From positions 24,676,001 to 24,740,000 of the forward strand of contig NC_086115.1 of the NCBI RefSeq assembly GCF_963921235.1: a DNA stretch of 64,000 bases, written 5' to 3'. The number at the start of each line of letters is the position of its first letter. Positions within the stretch are counted from its first letter, which is position 1. Of the stretch, positions 25,927-37,728 are shown piece by piece. Made by a program: the position numbers and the translations under genes. This stretch comes from Mobula hypostoma (lineage: Eukaryota). Under the pieces are notes generated by a model. It was given only the letters and a program-made list of their open reading frames with translations, had not been told where the DNA came from and made no database searches.

Positions 25927-26937
25927 CGGCTTAACCTTTAAAGGTGAGCGTATTATCATACCGCAAAGTGAAGGAAAGAATTCATTCGTCACACTTGGGT
26001 GTAGAAGGATGCCTCAGATGCGCACGTGAATGTCTTTTTTGGCCGGGCACGAGCAGCGACATCAAGCAATATATTGCTACATGTGATATTTGTCACACAT
26101 ACGAAATGAGTCAGCAGAAAGAATCGCTTATGAGCCATGAGGTACCTGCTCGGCTGTGGGAAAAGATAGGTACTGACCTGTTTACATTCGAAGGAAAAGA
26201 GTACCTCGTCACCACTGACTATTACAGCAAATTCTTCAAGGTAGATCCTCTTTGTGATATGACCACCGCAGCCGTTATTTGCAAATTGAAAGCTCATTTT
26301 GTGAGATATGGTAGCCCAACACAAGTGGTTAGTGATAATGGGCCACAATACATGTCAACAGAGTTTCACAGATTTGCGCGAGAATGGGATTTTGAGCACT
26401 TGTGTAGCAGCCCCGGAAATAGCAGAGCGAATGGAAACACTGAATCAGCAGTTAAAACTGCTAAGCGGATCCTCACAAAGAGCAACAAATCGCGAGCAGA
26501 TCCCTACCTCGCACTTCTAGACCATCGCAACACACCTTCGCAAGGGCTCAGCACGTGTCCTGCCCAGCATTTGATGAATCGCGGCACACGCACGCTCCTG
26601 CCTACAACAGTGAGTTTACTGGAACGCAGAGTAGTATGTGAACACGAGCGTATGAAACAACGCGCCCAGCAGCAGGCCGACAATTACAACAGATCAGCCA
26701 AAGATCTTGCCCCACTCGACGAAGGGGATACTGTGCGCATGCAGCCCCTGGTGCAAGGTAAAAAGAATTGGGAGAAAGCAATTGTGTGTCAGCGCTTTGA
26801 TGAGTGTTCATATGTAGTTCAAATCCCTTCTGGGATCTACTGACGTAATCGCACACATCTACGAAAGATGGCTGAGGAACCGTCTGAAGAGCTAATCACA
26901 TATGAACAGGCAAAACCAGGTCAAACAACTAACAGCA

Positions 26938-27246
26938 ATGTGTGCCTACCGCATCAAATGCACACAGCCAAACACTAGCAGAGGCTAATGACAATGACTA
27001 CAGTGTGCCTACCGCATCAAATGCACACAGTCAAACACTAGCAGAGGCTAATGACAATGACTACAGTGTGCCTACCGCATCAAATGCACACAGTCAAACA
27101 CTAGCAGAGGCTAATGACAATGACTACAGTGTGCCTACCGCATTAAATGCACACAGTCAAACACTAGCAGAGGCTAATGACAATGACTACAGTGTGCCTA
27201 CCACATCAAATGCACACAGTCAAACACTAGCAGAGGCTAATGACAC
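26938..27246 (+). repeat. 63-bp tandem repeat x~5 in the integrase tail
   Basis: Unit encodes SVPTASNAHSQTLAEANDNDY (ORF 26942..27259). Confidence 0.95.
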
Positions 27247-27703
27247 AACACAAACATGAACACAAACATTGAAACATAAAAAATTAACAAACAGGACTCA
27301 GACAAAACAGTAAAAACTCGTTCTGTCCGCACAGTGAAAAGGTCACAATATCTAGAAGACTTTGTCCCACGTTGAATAATTGCATGAAGAATTGAACAAT
27401 AAGTCTGTGACACTATTCGGTATTTTAATGTCATCTTTATACTCAAAGAAGGACCATGTCCTATTTGAGGTTGTGTAGTTTGTAGTTTGAAGTTAGAGTC
27501 GAATTTTAGTATGTTTTATATTTTGTATATAAGCTTATACAAACAGAAATAATGAGTGGTATGTATTTGTGACAGGCATAAGAGACATAAGGCATGATTA
27601 ATGAATCCTTTGAAAGTTAATTCCATGAAAATACTCTGGAAAACAGACTTCAGAGAAATTGAGTTTAATTGTTAATACAATTGTTCCTTTTCTTTGTTTT
27701 GAT

Positions 27704-27808
27704 AAAATGGGGGATGTTATGATATACTTGTACATGCACTCGTGAGCAGACGATTAAAGTTGGTGTGCATGCGCCGATGTTTTTATCTGAAGTATCTGCC
27801 TCGAAACA
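27704..27808 (+). repeat. Polypurine tract and 3' LTR (27715-27808)
   Basis: aaaatggggga|tgttatg...cgaaaca|catgc. Confidence 0.92.
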
Positions 27809-27839
27809 CATGCAAAAAGAAGGAAAGACTTTAAAGAAA

Positions 27840-28130
27840 GGTTGGCTTTATTTGTCATGTGCACATTAAAACATGCAGTGAATTGTATCGTTTTCATCAA
27901 ATCAAATCAGTGAGGGTTGTGCTGGGCAGCCCACAAGTGTCGGCATACTTCTGGTGCCGACAACTCGCTAACCCTAACTCCGCACGTCTTTGGAACGTGG
28001 GAGGAAACCGGAGCACCCAGAAGAAACCCACACGGTCACAGGTGAACATGCAAACTCCTTGCAGTTGGCGGCAGATTTCACAAAACTAGCTGCTGTAAAG
28101 CGATGCGCTAACTGCTGAGCTACCATGGCA
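27840..28130 (-). mobile_element. V-type SINE
   Basis: gtgggaggaaaccggagcaccc..aaacccacacggtcacagg..caaactcc core. Confidence 0.75.
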
Positions 28131-29052
28131 TTATATTTCCATCCCTCCATTATCCTCGTGTGAAAATCCTGGAATTCCCGACAGAACAATTCAACCAGAG
28201 CACCAAAGTTATGCCGATGCCTAGTTCAGCCTGCCAAGTTTCAAACCCAACAGCTGGAGTAGAAAAGAACGAAAGAATTTAGAGGACTGGTTACGGTTTG
28301 GGACACAGATGACTGTAATGAATCTTTTTATTAATACTGTATTGAGCAATTCAGGCACAGAGTGAAATGCTAGGCGTTTTGAGTCATGAGGCACAGGTTT
28401 TCCCCATTCAGTGTTTATTTTCATGGTTAACGTCAGCCACAGGTATTTGAATGTGCAAGGTATGTGCAAACTTGAGAATTTAAGGGCATGAGAAGGCAGT
28501 CAGACCCATGCTATACGTATATGCTTTAGGAATGCAAACAACTGACCACAATCTTGCCACCCGAAAGAGCTTTCCAGTTAAACCCTACTCCCTACCTCCA
28601 TCCTCCACAACCCGGATCAACACGTTGACATCGTGTGGAGGTCTGCGTGCTTCAAGGACTCCATGAGGCGATGCCAACTCAGGGTCGCCCATGTTGGAAT
28701 GGTTGTGGACGAGGTGCCAGATGAAGGTTGATTCAACCCCAGCTCCCGAACGGACTTGCATCTGCCCCTCCAGGGTCACGCTTCATCTTGACGATTAGAA
28801 GTGTGACGGGAAAAACCCCTTGCCATGCGAAACAACTATCTCCATAAAAATTTACTAATTTCCACAGTTTCCAATTAAAAGCGTTGTGATTTGGCACTTG
28901 TTACTGTCTGATGAAGGCATCCTATAGGAGAGACAAATGCAGTAACTAGGAAATGATCATTTTATTTCTGGTGCAAAAGTTAAATAGTTTCCTTGGCCAG
29001 TGTCCCGTGAGTTTATGCCCCCTCTGTCTCCCTCTGTTTAAATTTCTCAGAC

Positions 29053-29585
29053 CAGATTCAGAATCAGAATCAGGTTTATTATCACTGACTTATGTTGTGG
29101 AATTTGTTGTTTTGAGACAGCAGTACATTGCAATACATAATAGTATGATAAATTAGAATAAGAAATACCCTTGCAAAAATAGTGAGGTGGTATTCCTGGG
29201 TTCACTGTGTATACTGAAATCTGATGGCAGGGGTAAGAACCTGTTCCTAAATGTTGAGTGTGTGTCTTCAGGCACCTGTTCCTCCTCTCCAATGTTAGTA
29301 ATAAGACGAAGGCACGTCCTGGATGGTAAGGGTCCTTATTGATGGATTCTCCCTTTTTGAGGATGTCCTCAGTGGCAGGGAGACTGGTGCCACGATGAGG
29401 ACAACCCTCTGTAACTTTTTCCAATCCTGTGCAATGGCTTTTCCATAACAGACCATGATGCAACCGGTTGAAGTGCTCCCCATGGTACGTCTGTAGAAAA
29501 TTACTAGAGTCTTCGGTGACATACCAAATCTCCTCAAACTCCTAATGAAATATAGCCACTGGCGTGCCTTCTTCATAATTACATG
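29053..29585 (-). mobile_element. Rex1/Babar 3' end
   Basis: KKARQWLYFIRSLRRFGMSPKTL; (attctg)n tail. Confidence 0.85.
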
Positions 29586-30077
29586 ACATTCTACCCCTGA
29601 AAAAAATCCTCTCTCCCATTTTCCTTGTGTCTGCCCTTTCCAAATTGGAGCAGAGGACATTTTGGCCCTTGGGCTATCATTGCCAAACCTGCAGATTCTG
29701 ATTTGTTTAATGAAATCCTTGCCTCCAACCCCTTAATTCTCTTAAAATTAGTACTTTTTCTCAGCTCCCGTGATGCAACCCTCATGCATGCGTCCATGAG
29801 TTGCAAGGCTACAGCTGTGAAAGGCGGTGGCAGTCTGGTGATTGAACAAACGCAGAGAATCTGGATAGGCAACACAAAGTGCTGTGGAGAGTCCTGCTCT
29901 TATCTGCCAAAATCACTCACTGCTCCTGAAATACAATTCTGACGTTTTTTATATTACACATTATTTTCTGAACACCTTTCCCCTGTGTTCTTGCGCACAG
30001 GGAAAGCTGTAGAAGTGAATACAATTAGAATATGTAGAAGGATTAGGACAGGTGCATGGGATAGGAAGGGCTTAGAG

Positions 30078-30157
30078 CAGGGTTTCCCAACCTGGGGTCC
30101 ATGGACGCCTCGGTGAATGGTATTGGTCCATGGCATAAAAAAAGTCGGGAATCCTGG
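30078..30157. mobile_element. hAT (Charlie-like) MITE, ~80 bp
   Basis: Termini cagggtttcccaac / gtcgggaatcctg; 8-bp TSD gcttagag/gtttagag with central TA. Confidence 0.65.
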
Positions 30158-30725
30158 GTTTAGAGGGGCATGGGGCAAATGCAGGAAAATATGAGTAGCT
30201 GTAATAGACATTGATATGGGCTAGTCAGGATGAAAGGCCTGTTTCCTGTACAAGCATAGTATAAATCTGTGAGTCCAATTGGAAAATATATTAAATGTCA
30301 TAGCATCTAAGATGTGGGTAACTCTTCAGGGCCTTGCGAGAGTTATCCCAGGCTGCTATAGGAGGCAACGGAGGAGATCGCTGAGTCCCCGAAGGAATTT
30401 TTCAAATCTTCTCTGTGGTACCTTTACTCAATAAGAAGAGCAGAGGTGAGGAGGTTACTACAATCTGGGGCAATTTGGCAAATTAGGGCAGTATAATAGT
30501 GTCGCAGTTAGTGAACGCCGCTGTCTTTAGGGAGTTTGTACATTCTCCCCATGACCACATGGGTTTTCTCTGGGCGTGGCAGTTTCCTCCCATATTCCAA
30601 AGACCGACAGAATCAGGTTTAAAATCACTGGCCTATCACATGTTGTGAAATTTTTTGACTTTGTGGGAGCAGTACAATGCAATACATAATTATAGGAAAA
30701 AAACTGTGAATACAGTAAATATATA

Positions 30726-31485
30726 CGATGCCTATAAAAGTATTTGCTCCCTTCTTGCCCCCGGAAGTTTACATGTTTTATTGTTTTAAGCTTTGAATCA
30801 CGAAGGATTTAATTTGGCTTTTTTTGACGCCAATCAACAGTAAAAGAGTCTTTCGTGGCAAAGTGAAAACATATCTCTACAAAGTGATCTAAATTAATGC
30901 CAAACATGGACTACCACAAGTAGTCAACGCCTTTACTATGACACACCAATTCATCACCGGTACAGCCAATTGGTTTTAGAAGTCACCTAATTAGTTAAAT
31001 GGAGATCTGTTTTTGGAGACCTGTGTGCAGTCAAGGTGTTTCAACTGAAGTAAAAGTACACCTGTATCTGGAAGGCCCAACTGCTGATGAGTCAGTGTCC
31101 TGGCAAAGACTACACCACAAAATCAAAACAAGCAACTCTAAGCAACTCCAAGAAAAGGCTATTGAAAAGCATGAGTCAGGAGATGGATACAAGAAAATTT
31201 GCAAGTCACTGAATATCCCTTGGAGTACAGTTAAGTCAATCATCAAGAAATGGAAAGAATATGGCACAGCTGTAATTTGCCTAGAGCAGGCCATCCTCAA
31301 AAACTGAGTGACCGTGCAAGAAGGGGACTAGTGAGGCAATCTAACAGAGCTTGAGCAGTATTGTAAAGAAGAGTCGGGAAAAATTGTAGTGTCCAGATAT
31401 GCAAAGCTGATAGAGACCGATCCACACAGACTGAAGGTAGTAATTGCCAGCAAAGGTGCTTCTGCTAAATACTGACTTGAAGTGG
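30726..31485 (+). mobile_element. Tc1/mariner transposon with internally deleted transposase
   Basis: HTH region HESGDGYKKICKSLNIPWSTVKSIIKKWKEYG is fused to the C-terminal NLTELEQYCKEE..RLKVVIASKGASAKY; the DDE domain is missing. Confidence 0.85.
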
Positions 31486-31489
31486 TTTC

Positions 31490-32470
31490 AAGTGATTTGG
31501 TGACATATCAAATCTCCTCAAACTCCCAATGAAATGCAGCCACTATCATGCCTTCTTTGTAGCTGCATCAATATGTTGGGTCCAGGTTAGATCCTCAGAG
31601 ATATTGACCTTCAGTCTTCAGTCCCTGCAGTCTCAGGCAGTAGAAGTACAGCCAGGTGATCAGGTTTTCCAAAGTGTTGACGTGGGTTAGCACGGTAGGC
31701 ATTCTTGATGGTGTAACACTGGTCCGGTGTTGGTTCCTCTCGTACTACAAGTGATTTGTTGGTAAAAATCATTTAGAGACTTTTTCTATCTGGCCTGGTT
31801 AAAATCCCCCAAAATGATAGGGGAAGGCATCAGGATGTGCTGTTTCCTGCCTGTTAGTTACATTGCTCAGTTCGTCTAGAGCCTGTTTTGCACTGGGCTG
31901 AGGTAGAATGCACACTGCCACCAAGGTGATTGCTGAAATCGCCCGCGGCAGATATAATGGATGGCACTTGATTGCGAGACGTTCCGGGTCTGGTGAACCA
32001 GACAGGGACAGTGCCGCCACGTTTGCGCACCACAAGGAGTTGATCATAAAGCATACTCCACCTCCACTGTTATTGAAAGACTCAGCTGTCCTACCTTGGC
32101 AGTGTATTGTGAACTCAATAAGCTGTACCACTGCCTCTGGAATGGCCGGAGTTAACCAAGATTCTGCGAAACAAAAAGCACAACAGCTTTTAACGTCCTT
32201 CTGGTACAGCACCCTAGCTCTGAGATCTTCAATTTTATTTGCTAGAGACAGTACGTTTGCCAGCAAGATGGTTGGTATTGGGAGTCAAAAGCCACACTTC
32301 CTCAGGCAAACTTTTAAACCAGCGTAGCATCCCTTCTTCCACTGTCTTAAAGGGGAAGCGTGCCACAACCAAAGTCCATTCGTGTTCTGTTGACTTCAAG
32401 TAGCAATGGATTTTTTAATCATATTAAAATGATGTTACTAACTTTATAGACCTTAGATGTAGTTGTGGTT
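31490..32470 (-). mobile_element. Rex1/Babar fragments including the APE endonuclease
   Basis: ORF 31799..32266(-) LANVLSLANK..CFAESWL..GGGVCFMIN..LVAVCI. Confidence 0.85.
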
Positions 32471-33084
32471 CTCAGCTGTAGCAGAGTGAAACTGGAGTAT
32501 TTCCATTGGAGCTGCTCGCATGAGCTGCCTGCTTGTTGGGGCCCAGAACAGAATGGGTTACGATTAGTAAGTTTTGGTGCTGGAAGCACGGTGACACTTA
32601 CGGGCTGCCCCCAGCACACATTTGTACCGTGCAGGTCGTGACTCAAATGACACACTTCACTGCATGAGATAGTCTGGCTTTGTCTTCCTGGGAGTGCAGG
32701 CTCCTGTGGGGGACACTGATTGAGGGATACACAATGGGGCATGGATCTGATGGACAGTGAGGAACCTTTCCCTTCAGTAATCGTTTCCGTAACCAGAGAG
32801 TCCGTGATGTGAGGTTTGAAGGAGCTTGCAGAGGAATATAGTCATCCAGAGAATGGGTGAAATCTGCAGCACACTGCCTGAGAGCCTGCTGGATATGTAC
32901 TCACACAACATTACAAAGTGCTTATCGCTTGAAATACCATGGTATAGAAGGCTAGGCTGGGTACTGACAAATTGCATGAATATAGATCAGTGTGTGTTGG
33001 CCAACACAAACAGGATTGTGTATGATTCCAAGGCTACCTGAGTAAATGAAGCAAGCCCCCGTTCACTTCGAATCCGCTTTAATT

Positions 33085-33575
33085 AAAATTCAAAGTAAGT
33101 TTAATATCTAAGCACATTGTACAACCATATACAACCCTGAGGTTCCTTCACTTGTGGACATTCTCAATAAATCTGATAACCACAATAGGATCAGTGAAAG
33201 ACCTCACCAACTGGGCAGTCAACCAGAGTGCAAAAGACCACAAACGGTGCAAATACAAAAAGACAGAATAAACAATAAAAATAATGAATAACTAAATCAA
33301 CAATAGATATCAATAATGTGAGATGAAAGAGTCCTTGAAAGTGAGTCCATAGGTTGTGGGAACATTTCGGTGATGGGACAAGTGAAGTTGAGTGAAGTTA
33401 TCCCCTTTGGTTAAAGAGCTTGATGGTTGAGGGGTAACAACTGTTGATGAACCTGGTGGTCTGGGTCTTAAGTCCCCTGTGCCTCCTTCCTGATGGGCAG
33501 CAGTGAGAATAGAGTGTGTCCTGGTTGTGGGGTGTCCTTGATGTTGGATGCTGCTTTCTTGCGACAATGTAGGAA
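33085..33575 (-). mobile_element. Rex1/Babar 3' end
   Basis: AASNIKD.PQPGHTLFSLLP plus the shared UTR. Confidence 0.8.
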
Positions 33576-33789
33576 AGTTACTGACCTTCGATCTTCCCTC
33601 CCAACCCCTGACATTTTCTGAAACATTTTCTCTCCTTGGATGCCATCTACCACCACCCCCTAAAATCTGCCATCATCACCCCTCTCACCAGAATGCCATA
33701 ATTTTATCCTTGCTGGCAATTGTTTCATCTTCAAATTACCTTCATCTCCAAAATTGCCGATTTTGTTGAAACCTCCTAAATTTGTACAC

Positions 33790-34052
33790 ATCAAGTTGGT
33801 CCCAAGCCCAGCTGCAAAAGGAGGAGGTGGGGCAGCACTGGGCTTGGGGCTAACAACCCCACCCTGTAAAAATGCAGAGCTACCGAATAGCCAACAGAAA
33901 CTCCGAAGACCTCATCCCCGGGAGAGAAAGGATCCTCACCCAGGAGTATGAAGTTGTGTGGTAAAAGTGGAAGCCTCAGGGCTCTTCGATATCCGGCCCA
34001 GGAGAGAGGACTCCGGTGAGTCTGTGGCCTCTGCCCCAGTAGGGTGAAGAGA
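33790..34052 (+). mobile_element. RTE-derived short element (5' UTR-like part joined to a 3' end-like part)
   Basis: ggtcccaagccc..aggaggagg..ggggctaacaaccccaccctgtaaaa resembles RTE 5' UTRs; ends tggcctctgccccagtagggtgaaga. Confidence 0.55.
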
Positions 34053-34772
34053 AGATTCAAGATTCAGGTTTTTCAGGTTTATTTTTCACCCGCACGTCGG
34101 AACAGATAGTGAAATGCATTGTTTGCATGAGCAGCCAACACGCCCGAGGGTGTGCTGGGGGCAGCCCGCAAGTGTTGTCACACTTTCCAGCACCAACAGA
34201 GCATGCCCACAATGCTCGGCTGAACAACACAGAACACAAGCAACAGAGCAACAACACCAAAACTAGCCGCTTTCCTTCTTCTCCAAAACTCCTGTTTTGA
34301 ATCCCTTCAAGTAAGTTTCCATAACTATTACAATTTCAAAAGGAACCCACTGAGATATCCCATGATATCTCAAGAGATTGCAACAAATGAATACATTGAA
34401 GTTCCAGTGAGCCCATTAGGAGTGCCAGCACTGGAGCCAATGGGGTTTAGTAACACATGATCTGACCACTGGGCCACAGGTTAAATTTCAGTTGCAGTTG
34501 AGGCTGGATGCCTTAGTTGTAAATCACTTGATCTTGGGCAAGTGAAGCACCATGTGTAGAAAAGAATGTGGGAGGAATCCGGAATGGGGACTGACCAGTG
34601 TGGGAGGAGGGATTGAACCGATGGGAGGAACTGGGTGTGGGTTTTGCTTTGCCGTTGGAGAAGGGAACAACTTGGCGGAATTAGGAAGCAGGACTGGCCT
34701 TTTCTATACAAGGTGGTGTGTGATTTTATGAGACACTGAGTGGAGTCTAGCAATTAGGTTCACTCTAATTTT

Positions 34773-36584
34773 TTGTTTGATATATAGAAGCAATTAGAAG
34801 CATCAGAATACTGCCTTGCTGACAACAGTGAAGGGTCAGAGTATAAAACAGACTGGACTTGGCTGAGTGGATTTGGTTACTGGGGCAAAGAATTTTTCCT
34901 TCAGGTTGTTTTCAATCTTTATATCTAAAGTAGGGGTCAAAGTGTACAAATCTTAGGTGAGAGCAGAAATGAGTATTGTCCTTGGATATGTGTAATATTG
35001 GAGTGTGTGATGTTAACAAGACCTCGCGATCCAGGTGTCTGACTAATTTACTTGACTGCAAGACTGAAATGTAGACTATCAATAAATTTATTTACATTTT
35101 CTGTAGATGCACATTTTCAGCATAGTTTCCAGCCTCACAATCTCTTGTTAAAAATGAAATTATCCCTTCCCACTCCCAGGTAGTGGTATATCAATTCTTC
35201 CCTTATCCAAAGTTAAGTGTTATACAGTAGGCAAGTTTGCCAAATGGAAGTGTTAGGTTCAGTGGGAATTCCATTTTCAACACTTTTCAACATCATATTA
35301 ACAGTGTGATAGTGTGTACAAATAAACATAATGGTTTCATATCAGGAGTAAACATTCCAGTCCTTAAATCCCACCCTGCTATTCAATAAGGAAATGGCTA
35401 ATTTGTTTGTGAACTCAATTCTACATTTCTATCTACCCATGGTTGGTTTTCACTCTCTTATAAGAATCAGACCTCTTCCTTAACAATATTCAAAGGTTCA
35501 GTCTTCATTTTCCTTTGAGAATGTTTTCCAAACATTCTTTGGAATGTTTTCCAAATTTTCCACATCTCTATCTATAATAGGTAATCCTTTAGTTTTAGGC
35601 AGTGACCACTAGTCCTAGATTCACTGCAAGATAAAATATACTCTTCACTTTCATCCCGTCAGCTCCTCTCAGTATCTTGCATTTTCAATCAGGTTGCTTC
35701 TCAGTAATCAAATCCACTGGGCACAAGGTTAGCTCATCCTCATAAGACAACATCCTTAACATCTTCCTTTAAATAAGGACCGAATTACTACAGACAGCAT
35801 CTAACCAGTAGCTTATAGAATAAGCTATTAGTAATAAATTACAACTTTCTGTTAGCTTTCCTAACTGTTGAACCTTGGCAACCCATGTTGCAGTATACCC
35901 AAAAACCTCTTCACCTCAGAGTTCTCCCATCTCACACCATTTAGATATTACACTTCTTTCTTATTTTTCTTGACAAAATAGATAATTTTACATATTTGTG
36001 ATACATTATACTTGCTGAATTATTTAATCTATCTATATGTTTTTGCAGCCTCCTTACGCTCTCTGCACAATTTGTTTCCATACCCATCCTTGTGTCAACA
36101 GCAAGTTTTGCCACCATACATCATATTAATACCAATTTGCAAAATTCCATAATATTGTAACTTTACTGTCACTCAGGACTTTTAGAAGATTGAGGAATAT
36201 TTCACTGATTTGCTTGGTTTTATCTTCAGAGGGGTGCACTGTAAGTATAGTCCTTGAGTTCGTTTATTTTTTTCCGTTATTCATCCTTATCTAACCTAAT
36301 CTTCCAAGCTAATCTCTCTATTTGATTTTCCATTTTTTTAAATTTTGGGCAGAAATAGGGAATTTTCCAAGCATCCTGCTTTTTTTATTTGCAATGTTGT
36401 CTTTTTAATAAATCATTTTGATTTCTTGTTTGATACATAGAAGCAATTAGAGGCATCAGGATACTGCCTCACTGGCAACGGTGAAGGATGGGAGTATAAA
36501 ACAGACTGGACTTGGCTGAGTGGATTTGGTTACTGGGGCAAAGAATTTTTCCTTCAGGTTGTTTTCAATCTTTATACCTAAAGT
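34773..36584. repeat. ~159-bp direct duplication (34773-34931 and 36426-36584)
   Basis: Direct alignment of the two copies. Confidence 0.9.
35370..36120 (-). mobile_element. Old degenerate CR1 3' portion
   Basis: Patchy similarity to 45608-46560. Confidence 0.55.
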
Positions 36585-36734
36585 CACACTGACTGAGAGC
36601 AGCTCCATTCTACATCTCTAGCTAGAACTTCAAACTCAACCAGAAACAATGTCTGTTTAGTTTCTTTTAAAAATATTCTTCTTGGAGCTCTAAACCCAAG
36701 TACCTCCTTTACTTGTCCTGTATCCGCTGATAAA

Positions 36735-37728
36735 TGGGAGAGCACAGTCTGTGTGGATCGAAAGTAACGTGTCGTCCTTGATGACGGTCAACACTGGTGC
36801 ACCTCAGGGGTATGTGCTCAGCCCACTGCTCGACTCTCTCTCCACCCATGGTTGCATGGCTAGGCACAGTTCAAATGCTATCTATAAATCTGCCGATGAC
36901 ACAACAATTGTTGGCAAAATTTCAGATGAGGTGACGAGGAGGCATATATGACAGATCATCTAGTTGAGTGGTGTCACAGCAACCGTCTTGCATTCAGCAT
37001 CAATAAGACCAAAGAACTGATTATGGACTTCAGGGAGGGGAAGTTGAGAGAACTCACACTGGTCCTCATCGAGAGATCAGCAGTGGAAAGGGTGAGAGGG
37101 TTCAAGTTCCTGGGTGTCAACATCTCTGAAGGTCTACCCTGGTCCCAACGTACTGATACAACTATAAAGAAGGCACTGCAGCAGCTATATCTCACTAGGA
37201 GTTTGAAAAGATTTGGTCTGTCGCCAAAGACACTCGCAAATTTCAACAGATGCACCATGGAGAGCATTCTAACTGGTTGCATCACCGTCTGGTGTGGAGG
37301 GACCACTGCAGCCAGCTCCACCATGGGTATTCGTCTCCCCAGCATCCCGGACACCTTCAAAAGGCGATGACTCTATAAGGTGGCATCCATCGTTAAGGAC
37401 CGCCCCCCCCCCCGCCATCACCCAGGTCGTGCGCTCTTCTCATTGCTGCCATCAAGGAGGAGATACAGGAGGCTGAAGACACACACTCAATGTTTCAGGA
37501 TCAGCTTCTTCTCTGCCATCGGACTGGATTTCTGAATGGGACAATGAACCCATGAATACTGTTTCAGTACTCTTTCTCTCCCTTTTTGCACCACTTGTTT
37601 ATTTTAGTTTTTAATATATACTTGCAATTGTAATTTATAGATTTTCTTATTGTGTACTGCAATGTGCTGTTGCTGAAAAAACAGCGCAGTTCATGACCTA
37701 TGCCAGTGATATTAAAACTGATTCTGAT
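36735..37728 (+). mobile_element. Rex1/Babar 3' portion
   Basis: TGAPQGYVLSPLL, ADDTTIVG, FKFLGVNI, ESILTGCITVW. Confidence 0.9.

Larger units (their letters stand above)
23820..27375 (+). pseudogene. pol: pol (PR-RT-RNaseH-IN), disrupted
   Basis: IDSGASIN; WVSQLVVTEKKNGDL.ICIDPRPLN; ADDIL; CDTS..GL.AALLQ; HSSHLG..C..C; TDLF, SDNGPQY, ESAVK; terminal KTRSVRTVKRSQYLEDFV. Confidence 0.92.
22750..27808 (+). mobile_element. Gypsy (Mag clade-like) LTR retrotransposon, near full length, inactivated
   Basis: Paired 94-bp LTRs, TSD catac/catgc, PBS, PPT, and gag-PR-RT-RH-IN domain order. Confidence 0.95.

Noticed and set aside
26942-27259. Stand-alone repeat protein gene
   Set aside because: It is part of the Gypsy pol tail and has no independent start context.
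34773-36584. LTR pair of a small retroelement
   Set aside because: No TG..CA ends, PBS, PPT or TSD were found; the interior is unique sequence plus an old CR1.
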